The notes below the pieces were generated by a model. It was not told the origin of the DNA and did no database searches. It saw only the letters and a program-made list of their open reading frames with translations. This document shows, one piece after another, positions 34,401 through 46,760 of a DNA stretch of 64,000 nucleotides; position 1 is the first letter of the stretch, and every line of letters starts with the position of its first letter. The DNA is from Amphiscolops sp. MND2022. Its lineage: Eukaryota. The position numbers and the translations under genes are program-made. The stretch spans positions 1,922,001 through 1,986,000 of the forward strand of contig OZ076409.1 of assembly GCA_964187785.1 (NCBI GenBank), given 5' to 3'.

Positions 34401-37400
34401 CAAAGAGTGCTATACCGAACTACAGAGTGGTACCGGAAATGTCACATTCCTCTGGGAAATTGTACAACCAAAACAAGCCTCTCTTCAGTTTCGACAACCC
34501 CACGAGATATCTTCGTCCCATGAGAGTGGCCCTGTTACAGTCCGCGCCCAGCCTGGATTGTGATTGCCAAGAGGCGCAGTTTGGCCGTGATCATGGATGC
34601 ATTATGAAAACAGTTAGACTATATTACTAAACTGAAATAAACTGTGACAAGTTAAAACCAACAAAATCTAAATTATAAATAATTTCAGAACTTGAAACAT
34701 TCCGAATTAATTTCACACATTTCCGGACATACGTAGTGATGACAGTAGAATTTTAATCATTTTCCTGCAAAATACAACCGAGACAAAACATTGGAATCAC
34801 CTGTCGCAAAAAGAACGAAACTACGTCTACATTTAGAAATAAAGAAAACAAAAACAAATTGATACCCAATTGATTGACGGTAAAATACTTCCCTAACATC
34901 ATCTCTTTCATTTTATCAAGCCCCCGAGAACCATTCGTCCTATGAGAGTGGCCCTGTCACAGTCCGCGCCCGGACTGGATTGAATTAAAAACAAACTAAA
35001 ACTAATTTAGGTCACTTCTTCGCCTATACGATTGAATTTGCGTCGCGACTACGTCAATGCATTGGCGGCTAGCTAGAATTTCATTCCAAAATGTGACGTC
35101 AGCATCTCGTCTAACTTGGCAGCTAGTCAGAATATCATTCCAAAATGTGACGTCAGCATCTCGTCTAACTTGGCAACTAGCTAGAAAGTATTCCAAATCA
35201 GACGACGATATGACGTCACAGCTATGGCAGCTAGCTAATTTTCATTCCAAATTTACGTCCACACTACGTCTACTATATCGACGGACTAAGTCTAATACTA
35301 ATACGTACGTCCACGTTACGTCGCAAATCCATCAAAATAGCTGTTTTAATCCATCCAAAAAACCACATTTACGTCCACGCTACGTCCACTATAATGGAGG
35401 ACTAAGTCTAATACCAATTTTACGTCCACTCTACGTCCCAAATTTATGAAATTAGGCGTTTTAGTCAGTATTAAATTTAAAAGAAGCTTTATTTTACTAC
35501 GGTAAAACTAATCGAAGCTAGGATATGAATCAACGTCAACACTACGTCGCAATTTAATTACCCAAACCCAATGTTGAGTCCAAGTCGGTATTGCGTCGAC
35601 TAAGATTCAATTTGAACGGAATATGGTATTTAAGCCAAAATTTTTCAGACTGACTTAAAATAACAGTGTTTTAACACTATTTAAAATGGAGAGTCACAGT
35701 TTATCTTCAAATTGTGTTAATAAAGTGCAGTCTAAGCAGGTTTTTTAAATTATGCTCTTATTACCTAATTTATTAAATTCATCGGCTGTTTGACGATGTA
35801 AAGTCGTCTTTTATTGTTGCTCAAAGGTGTTGCTCTCAACTTTAATCAGATAAATAATTGTTAATTGGTCGTAACATGGTGACAGGAGTTTTGGACCTTT
35901 CAACAAATGTACCCAAAAAAACCTCAGCATAAACTACGTCCAAACATCGTCCCTCCACATTGTGGATGCTCTTCGCCCTGGAAATGAAAACAAACCTACA
36001 CCAACCCAACGCCAAATTGTCAAAGAAACTTCGCGAACTCGTCGACCGTGAGAATCTTGACCCAAGACGCAGCTTCACCAAAAAACGATATTGGAATCAA
36101 CAACAATTTCAAAGTGAAATTAACCCAGAAGAACGACGGCTCCGTCTACATAAAAAGACTCGCCAGAACCCATCAATCTCATAGCAGACCTCACAGACCC
36201 TCCCATTCTTCAAACCCGCAAACCAAATAATTGAGCAACATAACCCAAAAGGCAAATGGAGACTTGTTGACCTACTGATGATAAACCAGTTGAAATTCGA
36301 CGACTGCAACAACCACAACTATCCCGTCAGTACATCGTCAGATGCAGTCCAACACTTGTCGAGGACATCGATTACCACAACACGTGGTTCCAAAAGCTGG
36401 CATCATGCTCTTTGGGTGATTCCAGAGACAGTTAAATTATTTCACATCCGTAAGTTTAAAAAAGTAGAATCTTCCTGATGCTGAGTTGTGCGTTAGAAAG
36501 ATGACAATGGCATAGTCGCTGAAGCACACATTCCCGAGGAGACGCGTCAGAAAATCTAAGCTGTGGAAATACTGATAGAGTAGGCCACTCTGTCATAAGT
36601 ATTAAACACAAAAGCTTAATGGAACGGGGAATGTAACAAACCTAAGGGTTGTTGAATATCCAGCGCGCCGGCGTCACTAATACGCACATCTCCCTCAGAG
36701 CACAAACATGAGCCTTATTATCACTTTGCACATCATGGTCTTTTAAGATCATATGGATCTGAGAATGACCGAGTTCAAAGAGCCCATAAATACTGACGTC
36801 ATCAAAACGGTGACAAAACCAAAAGTTGGCTAATTACCAACGAAATTGACGTCGGCATAACGTCGACACAAAGGTTATCAGGGTTAAGAATTAATCCTAT
36901 AACCTATAATGACGTCATCAAAGCGGTGACAAATTCAAAAGTTAGCTATGCTAACGAAATTGACGTCAGCAAAACGTTGACAACTTGGTCAAACGAATTA
37001 ATTTAATTCGTGGCCAATAAAAACATGACGTTGGCAAAACGTCAACACCTGGGACTACAAAGGAATTAAAAAACAGCTTCTACCACCTCCCAAAGAGTGC
37101 TATACCGAACTACAGAGTGGTACCGGAAATGTCACATTCCTCTGGGAAATTGTACAACCAAAACAAGCCTCTCTTCAGTTTCGACAACCCCACGAGATAT
37201 CTTCGTCCCATGAGAGTGGCCCTGTTACAGTCCGCGCCCAGCCTGGATTGTGATTGCCAAGAGGCGCAGTTTGGCCGTGATCATGGATGCATTATGAAAA
37301 CAGTTAGACTATATTACTAAACTGAAATAAACTGTGACAAGTTAAAACCATCAAAATCTAAATTATAAATAATTTCAGAACTTGAAACATTCCGAAATAA

Positions 37401-39452
37401 TTTCACACATTTCCGGACATACGTAGTGATGACAGTAGAATTTTAATCATTTTCCTGCAAAATACAACCGAGACAAAACATTGGAATCACCTGTCGCAAA
37501 AAGAACGAAACTACGTCTACATTTAGAAATAAAGAAAACAAAAACAAATTGATACCCAATTGATTGACGGTAAAATACTTCCCTAACATCATCTCTTTCA
37601 TTTTATCAAGACCCGAGAACCATTCGTCCTATGAGAGTGGCCCTGTCACAGTCCGCGCCCGGACTGGATTGAATTAAAAACAAACTAAAACTAATTTAGG
37701 TCACTTCTTCGCCTATACGATTGAATTTGCGTCGCGACTACGTCAATGCATTGGCGGCTAGCTAGAATTTCATTCCAAAATGTGACGTCAGCATCTCGTC
37801 TAACTTGGCAGCTAGTCAGAATATCATTCCAAAATGTGACGTCAGCATCTCGTCTAACTTGGCAACTAGCTAGAAAGTATTCCAAATCAGACGACGATAT
37901 GACGTCACAGCTATGGCAGCTAGCTAATTTTCATTCCAAATTTACGTCCACACTACGTCTACTATATCGACGGACTAAGTCTAATACTAATACGTACGTC
38001 CACATTACGTCGCAAATCCATCAAAATAGCTGTTTTAATCCATCCAAAAAACCACATTTACGTCCACGCTACGTCCACTATAATGGAGGACTAAGTCTAA
38101 TACCAATTTTACGTCCACTCTACGTCCCAAATTTATGAAATTAGGCGTTTTAGTCAGTATTAAATTTAAAAGAAGCTTTATTTTACTACGGTAAAACTAA
38201 TCGAAGCTAGGATATGAATCAACGTCAACACTACGTCGCAATTTAATTAACCAAACCCAATGTTGAGTCCAAGTCGGTATTGCGTCGACTAAGATTCAAT
38301 TTGAACGGAATATGGTATTTAAGCCAAAATTTTTCAGACTGACTTAAAATAACAGTGTTTTAACACTATTTAAATTGGAGAGTCACAGTTTATCTTCAAA
38401 TTGTGTTAATAAAGTGCAGTCTAAGCAGGTTTTTTAAATTATGCTCTTATTACCTAATTTATTAAATTCATCGGCTGTTTGACGATGTAAAGTCGTCTTT
38501 TATTGTTGCTCAAAGGTGTTGCTCTCAACTTTAATCAGATAAATAATTGTTAATTGGTGAAATACTCAATTGTTTAGCCTCATGTAAATCAGTCACTCTC
38601 TTAGCATCTCTAAATTGCCTAAATCAAAATAATTAGGCATAATTTTCTTCAAGTAAAAATTCAAAATCAGGTATTAGTTGTTCACGGCAGCGTCATCTCG
38701 GCGTCGGTTTCTTACGAACCAAAGCAGAAAAACGGGGAAATATTTCCGGTTTGACAGACTGAAGTAATATCTACTTCCTGCTTGGGAGGAAACAAAAGGA
38801 CGCCGGAATGAAATGATATGATCATGGTTGATGACTAATACTAGATTAGAATTGCCGTGTCTTAAAAATTGACGAAATGCTGACGAAGATCAAAATTTTG
38901 CCGCAAAGATACAGGAAGTGACTAATATCTCGATGGAAATTAAAGTACGCGAGTATGAACAGAGGATGCTAGGAGGGTATATATAGCTCGTACCTGTAAA
39001 CTTATTCATTCAATTTCTGATTCAATCTGCTGTCTTGTATCAAATTCTACTTTGTTTTGGTAAAACAATTACTCTGCAAACTTCAATTCAAATGAATAAA
39101 TCCGAAAATCTTTTCATCAAGAGAAGCTAGAAAAGAAGAATGTCCTTCAGAAAAGCAGCAAAAATAATCAGAAGTGTACAGAACATCGACTCTAACCGGA
39201 GTCGTAACAGTAGTTACGCATTTTTGATGAAGAAATCAACAGCTTCCTGTTTTGAGTCATCGATAAACACTCAATACGAACATAATTATAGTCAAAATGT
39301 GTGAACAATGTTTTGTTCAAGCGGAAAACTACTCTAATGGAAGTTAACTTCCTGTTATGAAAGAAGGTTTTGATTTTAATTAGGCTAGTCCAAAGTTTTT
39401 GAGGAAAGTTATTTTCAAAAATTTTGGTGGTGGGGGAAAACAGAAAAGATCC
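31444..39452 (+). mobile_element. Merlin-like MITE split by the LTR element (31444-31620 and 39215-39452)
   Basis: The two halves join to match the intact copy at 52368-52789. Confidence 0.75.
31621..39209 (+). mobile_element. Non-autonomous LTR retrotransposon (LARD-like) with three LTRs: 31621-33186, 34955-35876 (shortened), 37644-39209
   Basis: TGTCAC...GTAACA ends and 5-bp TSD GTAGT (31616-31620, 39210-39214). PBS-like TGGTGACAGGAG follows LTR1 and LTR2. Two near-identical ~1.77-kb internal regions lack pol. Confidence 0.88.
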
Positions 39453-39688
39453 AAAATCTACAAAACTTCAAGGCCTAAAATTGCCGCCAAACATTTTCAA
39501 GCAGCTCAATAAAAGTTAATTACAACGGGGAAATATTTTCGCATGAAACATCCGTAAGAATTTCAGAAAATCAATAACAATAAAAGTTGCTGGCAACATT
39601 AAAGTACATGCAAAAAGTTCAAGCAGTTTCAACAAGGGTAGATCCATTTAAATACTGCCCGTGATAATTTTTCAGACTTTGAAATGTA

Positions 39689-40384
39689 CTAGGTGAACCA
39701 ACAGAACAAACGCATGAAAGTTTTCGTGTTTTCAAAATTTCAAATTATTGTCAACAAACGTTTCAAAACAACATTGAACGCAGCTGTCAATCATTCGAAT
39801 TAGCTACGTTTCTCAGAAGCGAAAAGGTTTTCACCAGAAAGCTAGACAGAAATGACTGGTCAAGCAAGGTATCTAATTATTAATATTTTTCATAATTCAA
39901 ACCATCTTCAGTTGGAGATATATGATACGGAATATGAGCTTCAATTATAATAATTGAGAGAAAAAATGAAGGGTTTTTAGTGCCTTGTTTACAAACAGTA
40001 CAATTTTGAAGACTCAATTTTTAGTTCACCTACTAGGTGAACCAAAAAACGGATTGCACAAATAATTCACACTTCAAAATTGTATAATTTGTAAACACGA
40101 CACTGAAAATCTTTCACTTTTTCTGTCAATTATCCTCTGATTAGATAATCAGATCTTCACCAAAGAATAATACGAACTTCAGAAAACGTCTAGACGTCTT
40201 TACCAGTCATTTCGTTCACACTTTTGATGTGTGAAAGTTCATTTGCTTCGAAGAAAAGTTGTCAAAGTGAATGACTGACAAGCTGAATCGCATCTTCAGT
40301 GTTGTTTTGAAACATTTGTTGACAAATATTCGAAACTTTGAAAGCTCAAAGAATTTCATGTGTTCCGTTTTTTGGTTCACCTAG
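39689..40384. mobile_element. Two adjacent MITEs with CTAGGTGAACC TIRs and TA flanks (39689-40032, 40033-40384)
   Basis: TA|CTAGGTGAACCA...TGGTTCACCTAG|TA. A third copy lies at 51346-51671. Confidence 0.75.
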
Positions 40385-40414
40385 TAACAAAAATCAGAAA
40401 TAACTGTTTTTTAG

Positions 40415-40621
40415 GCTGGGGCGCCTACTCGAATCGGGTCAACAAGAAAGTTTTGGCAAGAATGGCGAACGAGTTGGGGTGGAAAAGACGCGGTTTGAGG
40501 AATATTGGGTCAACTTGGATTGTGAAACAACATCTTTTCATACCTCTGCTCAACAAAACCGCCTTTGCAACAGATTTCGTCTTCAAAAACTGCAGAAACG
40601 ACACGAAATACCCCGAGATAG
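40415..40621 (+). CDS. Host gene exon: GWGAYSNRVNKKVLARMANELGWKRRGLRNIGSTW...YPEIG
   Basis: ttttttAG acceptor; phase 1 matches the donor at 6637/25437. G|GTCTAG donor; phase 1 matches 44037. Confidence 0.8.
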
Positions 40622-41624
40622 GTCTAGTTTTTTCAAGTCGATTATAAAATATAATTTCTTTATTTAAAAGTTCAAATATCAATGCTCAGATTACTTAAAT
40701 ACTATGTGGCCTAAAAATCAAAATTGGTAGCAAACTAAAAAATTATATTCACCTTTTTTGTGAGTATTAAAAGAAGGTTTCACATTTTGGTAGCAATTTT
40801 GGAATCTTGGCCCAAGAATCACAATAAAAACGGAATTTCGATATGTTCAATTTCACAGCGATTTGCTCGCTACTAAGTGTTCTGAAAACAAACATGAACA
40901 CATAGCTCTGAAAGATGCAGCGTTGCAAAGCATTGAACAATTTAAACACGATGAGATATTTTTCCATGCAAAAGAATCTCTTCTTTAGCACCTTTTGTAT
41001 TGTGTAATGATACAAAGATTTTCGCCTGTAACTGGTCGATACCAGGTTCTCTCTATTCACCATTTTTTGGCCTTATGCAAGTCCTTCATCCTTAAATTCA
41101 TCAGTATGATCATGGCGAAATTTTAGAGCCAAACCTTTGAAAATTTCCTAATTAAATTAAGAAAAATTATTTTTTTTCACAAGATTTCGAATTTGTTGCC
41201 CCCCTTTATTCCAATGGAGCACTTTCACTAAACCATCGGATACTGTGACTATACTGATTTACGGACTATACAAATATATTTCAGACGTTAAACTAATGTT
41301 TAGGCAAGATGATTGCTAGCTGTTAATTTTTCACTTTCAAAGATTGCCGAAAATCATATGAATTCTGACCCATATTAAGTGAAGCTAGTTTCTGCTCTAA
41401 TCGTTTACAGAAAATAAAATAGTTTTTAGCGAGGCCTCTTGGCAAAACTAGTTCCTGTTGTCATGCATGTTTCATTCAAATATTTTCATGCTTAAAAAGA
41501 ACATGGCTATTCATGGCTACAATTCGGATGAAGCCGTTTACTTAGAACAGCACCGCGTCCACCCGATTTACCGTTTTTAGTCGGCGCTTTTCTAGTGAAA
41601 AGAGCCCGACTATTACAGTGGCTA

Positions 41625-42536
41625 CCCTGTGTTCGAAGCCGCCATGGTACCCTTGCCAAGATCCATGGCAATTTCCTTGCTAGCCTTGCCAAGATCTTGC
41701 CATGATCTTGCCATGATCTTGGCAAGGATACCATGGCCATGCAAGATCGTGCAAAGGCTAACCATGATTAACCATGATCTTGGCAAGGGTTCCATGGTAT
41801 CATTAGCAAAACTTTTGGAAAATTCAGAGCTCTTGTTTTCAAATTATACCTAAAACCTAAAAGTATCTAGTATCTAAAAACTTTTTCGAACCAAAAAACA
41901 GACATATATAGGGTTAAACAGAAGACAAACTGATACTCAAGAAATTGAAGGAAAAAATGTTTTTGCTCCGACCATTTAAGTTTTTATTTTTATTGCATTC
42001 TCGAACTTCAGTAATTAGAATCCGATACCTCAATAGATAAGGTAATAGGATGATTTGCGTAATTGTAAACAAATCGTAGCTAGAAAAGTTGGTTTTCACA
42101 CCGAAATCGCAAACCCGCAAGTTGCCATAACTTGATTCGGAGTTTGCATTGTATGATAATTTATGAAGTAGTAACAATGTCGTGTTCTCAACTAACAAAA
42201 CTCGGTCAATAGGTGCATCAAATTATTGAGCAAGTTTTGGATAATATTCATTTAAAAAACTATTTTCGATCAATAAATTTTATGTCCGAAATTATTACAA
42301 TAGCTACTTCAGAAATTGCAGACGACGAGGAAATTTTGCGAAAAGAATAAATTATGCACAATTAATACCAGCTTACATGTCCTACCATGGTTATCTTGTC
42401 AAGATCTTGCCATGATCTTGACAAGCGTTCCATGTATCATGATCTGCCATGATCTTGAAAAAGGTACCATGGTTTACCATGATTTAGCAAGATTTACCAT
42501 GATCATGGCAAGCGTTCCATGGCTTCGAACACTGGG
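41625..42536. mobile_element. MITE/foldback element with CCC(A/T)GTGTTCGAAGCC TIRs and subterminal ATCTTGCCATG repeats
   Basis: TA|CCCTGTGTTCGAAGCC ... GGCTTCGAACACTGGG|TA. Confidence 0.75.
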
Positions 42537-44036
42537 TAGTTTTTTTCGTCAGACTACAATCTTCACCCTGATTGGTCCACTTTCCTTCCAACAGAAACTA
42601 CTAAAACTACTAAGGCCTAAGGCCAAGTCGGGCCAGGGAAACTTTGTGCAAAGGGTCCCCCTTTCCATTTTTTACTTTTTCAAGGAAACCTACAAAACCG
42701 GATGTCCCAAAGGGTGCCCCTTTTAATTGTTTACTTTTTTAACGTACATACAAAACCGGACGAGACTAAATGGTCCACCCTTTCGATTTTTTCGGCACTA
42801 TGAGACTTGTTTCTCAAAATTTACTAATGTCTCCAAAGGGCCCCTTCCTTTTTTTGATTTTTTGCAACTGAATGGGTGTTGAAAAAGCCCAAAGGGTCCC
42901 CCTTTTACAATTTTTGGCATTGAGTTTTTTCTAAATGATAATTTCTTGTTCTCAAAAAATGTTTTCTTTTCAGTTTTCCAAAAACTTTGCGCTTTTTGAG
43001 CCTTATATATAGCGCTAACTTTAGACGTTCTCGTCTTATTTGTCTTTCGTATCATTTCTTTCACTTGAATAATTGAATTACTAAAGAATGAGCTAACAGA
43101 ACCAATGAAAAAACAAGGCGCCCGCTAAACACCGGGATATTTTCCGTCTTGTCAAAAAAATCAGGTGGGGCGAGATTTGAACACACAACCTACTGATTGA
43201 TAGTAACTGAAATAGTCAAGTAACTAAAATAGTCAAGTAGTGGATGGAGATCGTGGAGATTTAGCTGAATTTACTACTAGTAAATTCTACTACTAGAATT
43301 TACTACTAGAATTTAGCTACTAATAGTAACTCCTTGACTATTTTAGTTATTAGTAACAATAAAAGTAGTGAAGTAGTGGTGGATGGAGATCGGAGAGATT
43401 TGGCAGAATTTAGAAAAAAAACGCAGAACAGATCTTGATTTTCCTCCCCCATCAAATGTGGGCGGTGAATAATAAAACAATAGCTCTATTTTTTTGAAAA
43501 TTGAAACAATTAGAAAATAGGCATTTGAAAAACAGTTTTTGAAGCAGTGTCGATTTTAAGGTGGAGGCTACCACTTCCAATTCGAAAAAAATTTTCTGAG
43601 TATATTCACTGCAGTCTTTCATCCGACCCCCTAGCAAAAAGTCCTGGAAACACCACCGTTATCAAGCGATTTAATAGTCCCCCCTTTCATTTTTACTTTT
43701 CCAAGGAAACCTACAAAACCGGACGGGACTAATTTTTTTCGGCACTGTGCGACTTTTTTTCGAAAGTTTTTTAATGTTCCCAAAGGGTCCCCCCTTTGAG
43801 TTTTTTGTTATTTTGCAGCAGAATGTATGTTTATAAATCAAAAATGTTCCCCCCTTTTACATTTTTCAGCACTTGCGACATTTTTCGAAAGATAAAAACA
43901 TCAAAAACTTCAAGTTTTTTTCCAAAAAAATGTTTTGCGCTTTTTGAGCCTTAGATATAGCGCCGACTTTAGACGTTCTCTTCTTGTTTTTCTAAAAGCG
44001 CCGACTAAAAATTGGTTGAAAAAACTTGGTTGAAAG

Positions 44037-44205
44037 GTCAATTCTTGGTGGATGACCCGGAGTTGGGCAGTTGGCCCCAGTGGTGGTGTCCGGTCAGCTC
44101 CATGTACGGCGGTGACCTCGCGGTTCAAGACACCTTCCCGCAGTTGACATCCGAGGTCAATCACCCCAGAAACACTCTGGACTCTCATTCCAGCAGCTTT
44201 AGAAG
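44037..44205 (+). CDS. Host gene exon: GQFLVDDPELGSWPQWWCPVSSMYGGDLAVQD...LDSHSSSFR
   Basis: GC-rich coding-like island with an aAG acceptor in phase. The 3' end is either 44155 (GT donor) or 44205 (GA donor, preferred). Confidence 0.75.
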
Positions 44206-44977
44206 GAACCATGCTTACTCATTATCATCATGATCATCTACATAATTTCAATGTAACCGCTGTTTCACAGAAAACGATAGCTGGTCAAAAAATTTAATGA
44301 ACTAAAGGTCCGTTGGACAATGTTTCTTTACCCAATTCAATCCAACCCCCCTTGCTGTGTCGACATCGCTTACTTTGAAATTTTGCTTACAATGAAATAA
44401 TTGATGTCGATATAATCCGATCTTTTATACATTAATCCATAGTTAAAAGTTGCTCATTTCATTTATGGCGGGAAAAAATGAAACAGCGGCTTTCCAATAC
44501 AATTCTAACTTGTTCGAGGGTGTTATTATGTTTATGAGACAAGTAAAAAGATGGAAGATCGGAATAGCGCTTAAAAGTCACATCAAACTTTGAACGGGAA
44601 AACCCATCCTTGTTAAGGATACAGCACTTAACACCGGATATTACGAAGGTACTTCAATAAAATCGAAAGGGGAGCATTTGAAGACAAAAAAAGTTCGAAA
44701 AAAAGTCTCACAGTGCCGAAAAAAATTGGAAAGGAGACCCTTCAGTCTCGTCAGGTTTTGTATGTTACGTTTAAAAAGTAAAAAATGAAAGGCCCTTTGC
44801 GATAGCTTAGACGCGTCTCCCAGGTATTCCTTTATTTGAACAAACTGATTAAAAATTTCGTCGCATCGAGTCATTTTTTTAAAAACGAGTAACTGTAATA
44901 TTCGGGTTCTGTTATTATTAAAAGCGCCGACTAATAAATCATAACAATTAATTTTATAAGAAGCATGGTTCGTGAAG

Positions 44978-45218
44978 TTTCTGGAGCACAAAGCATGTTC
45001 ACGCTTTTCATTCTGAAGACAAGTTCAGCAAAATGCGTCTCTATGACTCAGTCTATCGAATGTGTTCCAATGTGACGCTGCTGAACGAGTTTATGGAAAC
45101 TTCGAAGATGCTGTCAGGTTTGGGCAAATTTGCAGTCCGCATGTCTATCAGAGATTACCTCGGAAATATTTCCTTCAGTGGAGCTTTTGAATATTTTACT
45201 CGCAACGGATGTAGTTGA
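44978..45218 (+). CDS. Host gene last coding exon: FWSTKHVHAFHSEDKFSKMRLY...NGCS*
   Basis: Frame is open from just after TGA 44973 to the stop at 45218. HxHxxH...FSK motif. Confidence 0.7.
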
Positions 45219-46760
45219 AATAATTAAATTTTTTTCACACAGTATTTTCCGCCCATCAGTGAGCAAAAACATGGAACGTCTTTTCGTTGATTGGATGCTT
45301 GAACCTAAAAAGCTGAACAAACTAAATGAAAATTATTTTCACTGCAAAAATCTTGAAAGACGGAACTCTAATTTAATTATATCTAAACAATGTGTAACGT
45401 CAAGCTAACAGCTACATTCTAGAACCGGGACAATGCCCAGGTTGCCTTAGAAGAGACCAGTGTCTTATAACAACCTAAACATCAGTTTTTGGTCCCAAAA
45501 GGTCTCAGTAGGGACTTTTCCAAGACGTCGTGGAGACTCCTCATTTTAGAGCTCCGTGGCGACGTGCCGGCACACTCAAAGTCCGGACACGTCCCACAAG
45601 CACGTAAAAACGTATCCTAAGGTTCTTGCGTGTACCTACATACCTCCGAGGTCCAAAACAGGGGTTTCAGCTACAGTACATTAATTTGCAGAATCATGTA
45701 AATAACAGGCATAAAGTGGATCTAGTAGATCCAGCACCATCATTAATCTGCAAATTTCCAATAATAACAAACAGGAAATAAACAAGAAATTGCATATTTG
45801 GCTTCTTCATCTAGTTTTTCGGGTTTCTGGGATAGGCCATTGATGGGTTCTATGCCTTTTTCTTGTCTTCAGAGGCATTGTTCTCGGTGAGACGACACAA
45901 ACTGCTACTTTCGGTCCTCTGAAAGTCCTTCTGGTTCTTTATTCTTCGCTGTCGGGGATCTGTGTGTCTTTTTTGTGTCCTTTTTTTGTCTCTCTTTTTG
46001 ATTTCAAAGACCTGCAAGGTCGGCCATATTGACTCGCACACTTTCTGCTTCTTGAACGAAATTTTGCAACGTTTGCTGGACGTTACAATGAGATCTTAAC
46101 AAGCTGGGAATGGCGTAAATCGGCGCCATATCTAAGGCTCAAAAATAGCAAAAGGACTTCAAAGTGTCAAGTATTCTCTTTTACAGTACCCGGAAAACCC
46201 AAGAGAAAAGGACAATTGAAAGGACGACCCTGTGAAGACATTACAATTTTTGATGAAAAAGCCTCACATGTCAGAAAGAAACTGAAAGGGGATCCTTTTG
46301 GATTTGTTAACATCCATTGCTGCAAAACATCAAAAACTGAAGGGAGAAAATATTTTGAGGAAAAAAAATTCCAAAAAATCTCACAATGCCGAAATAACTG
46401 AAAGGGCCTTCGCTAGGCCAAATGGTTCAATTTGAAAGCATAAAATTTCGTAGAACTTTTGGAACTATTTAGGTCAACTTGTGTGGATTGAAGAAAAAAA
46501 ATTGAAAGTTCAAGCCTCAAAGTTTTGTAGGCTTCAGAAAAAATCTTCAAGAAACAGTTCTATTCTCAAATGCAACTAAGTATTTACCTATTTTACTGCC
46601 ATTTCAACACAAACAACCTTCAATCACGTTATAAACTGCGAATAAGCGCCATCTATAGCGTGCTACGTGAGAAGCGGTGATTACATCAGATGAGTAGTAT
46701 ATGAGAATACAAAGTTCGAAAACAACTTGATCGTGCCGGTAACGAAGTGAAAAGCGTGAG

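Noticed and set aside
6638..40414. Terminal IR for the giant intron
   Set aside because: The best match (AACAATTA vs TAACTGTT) is short and mismatched, so it was not counted as support.
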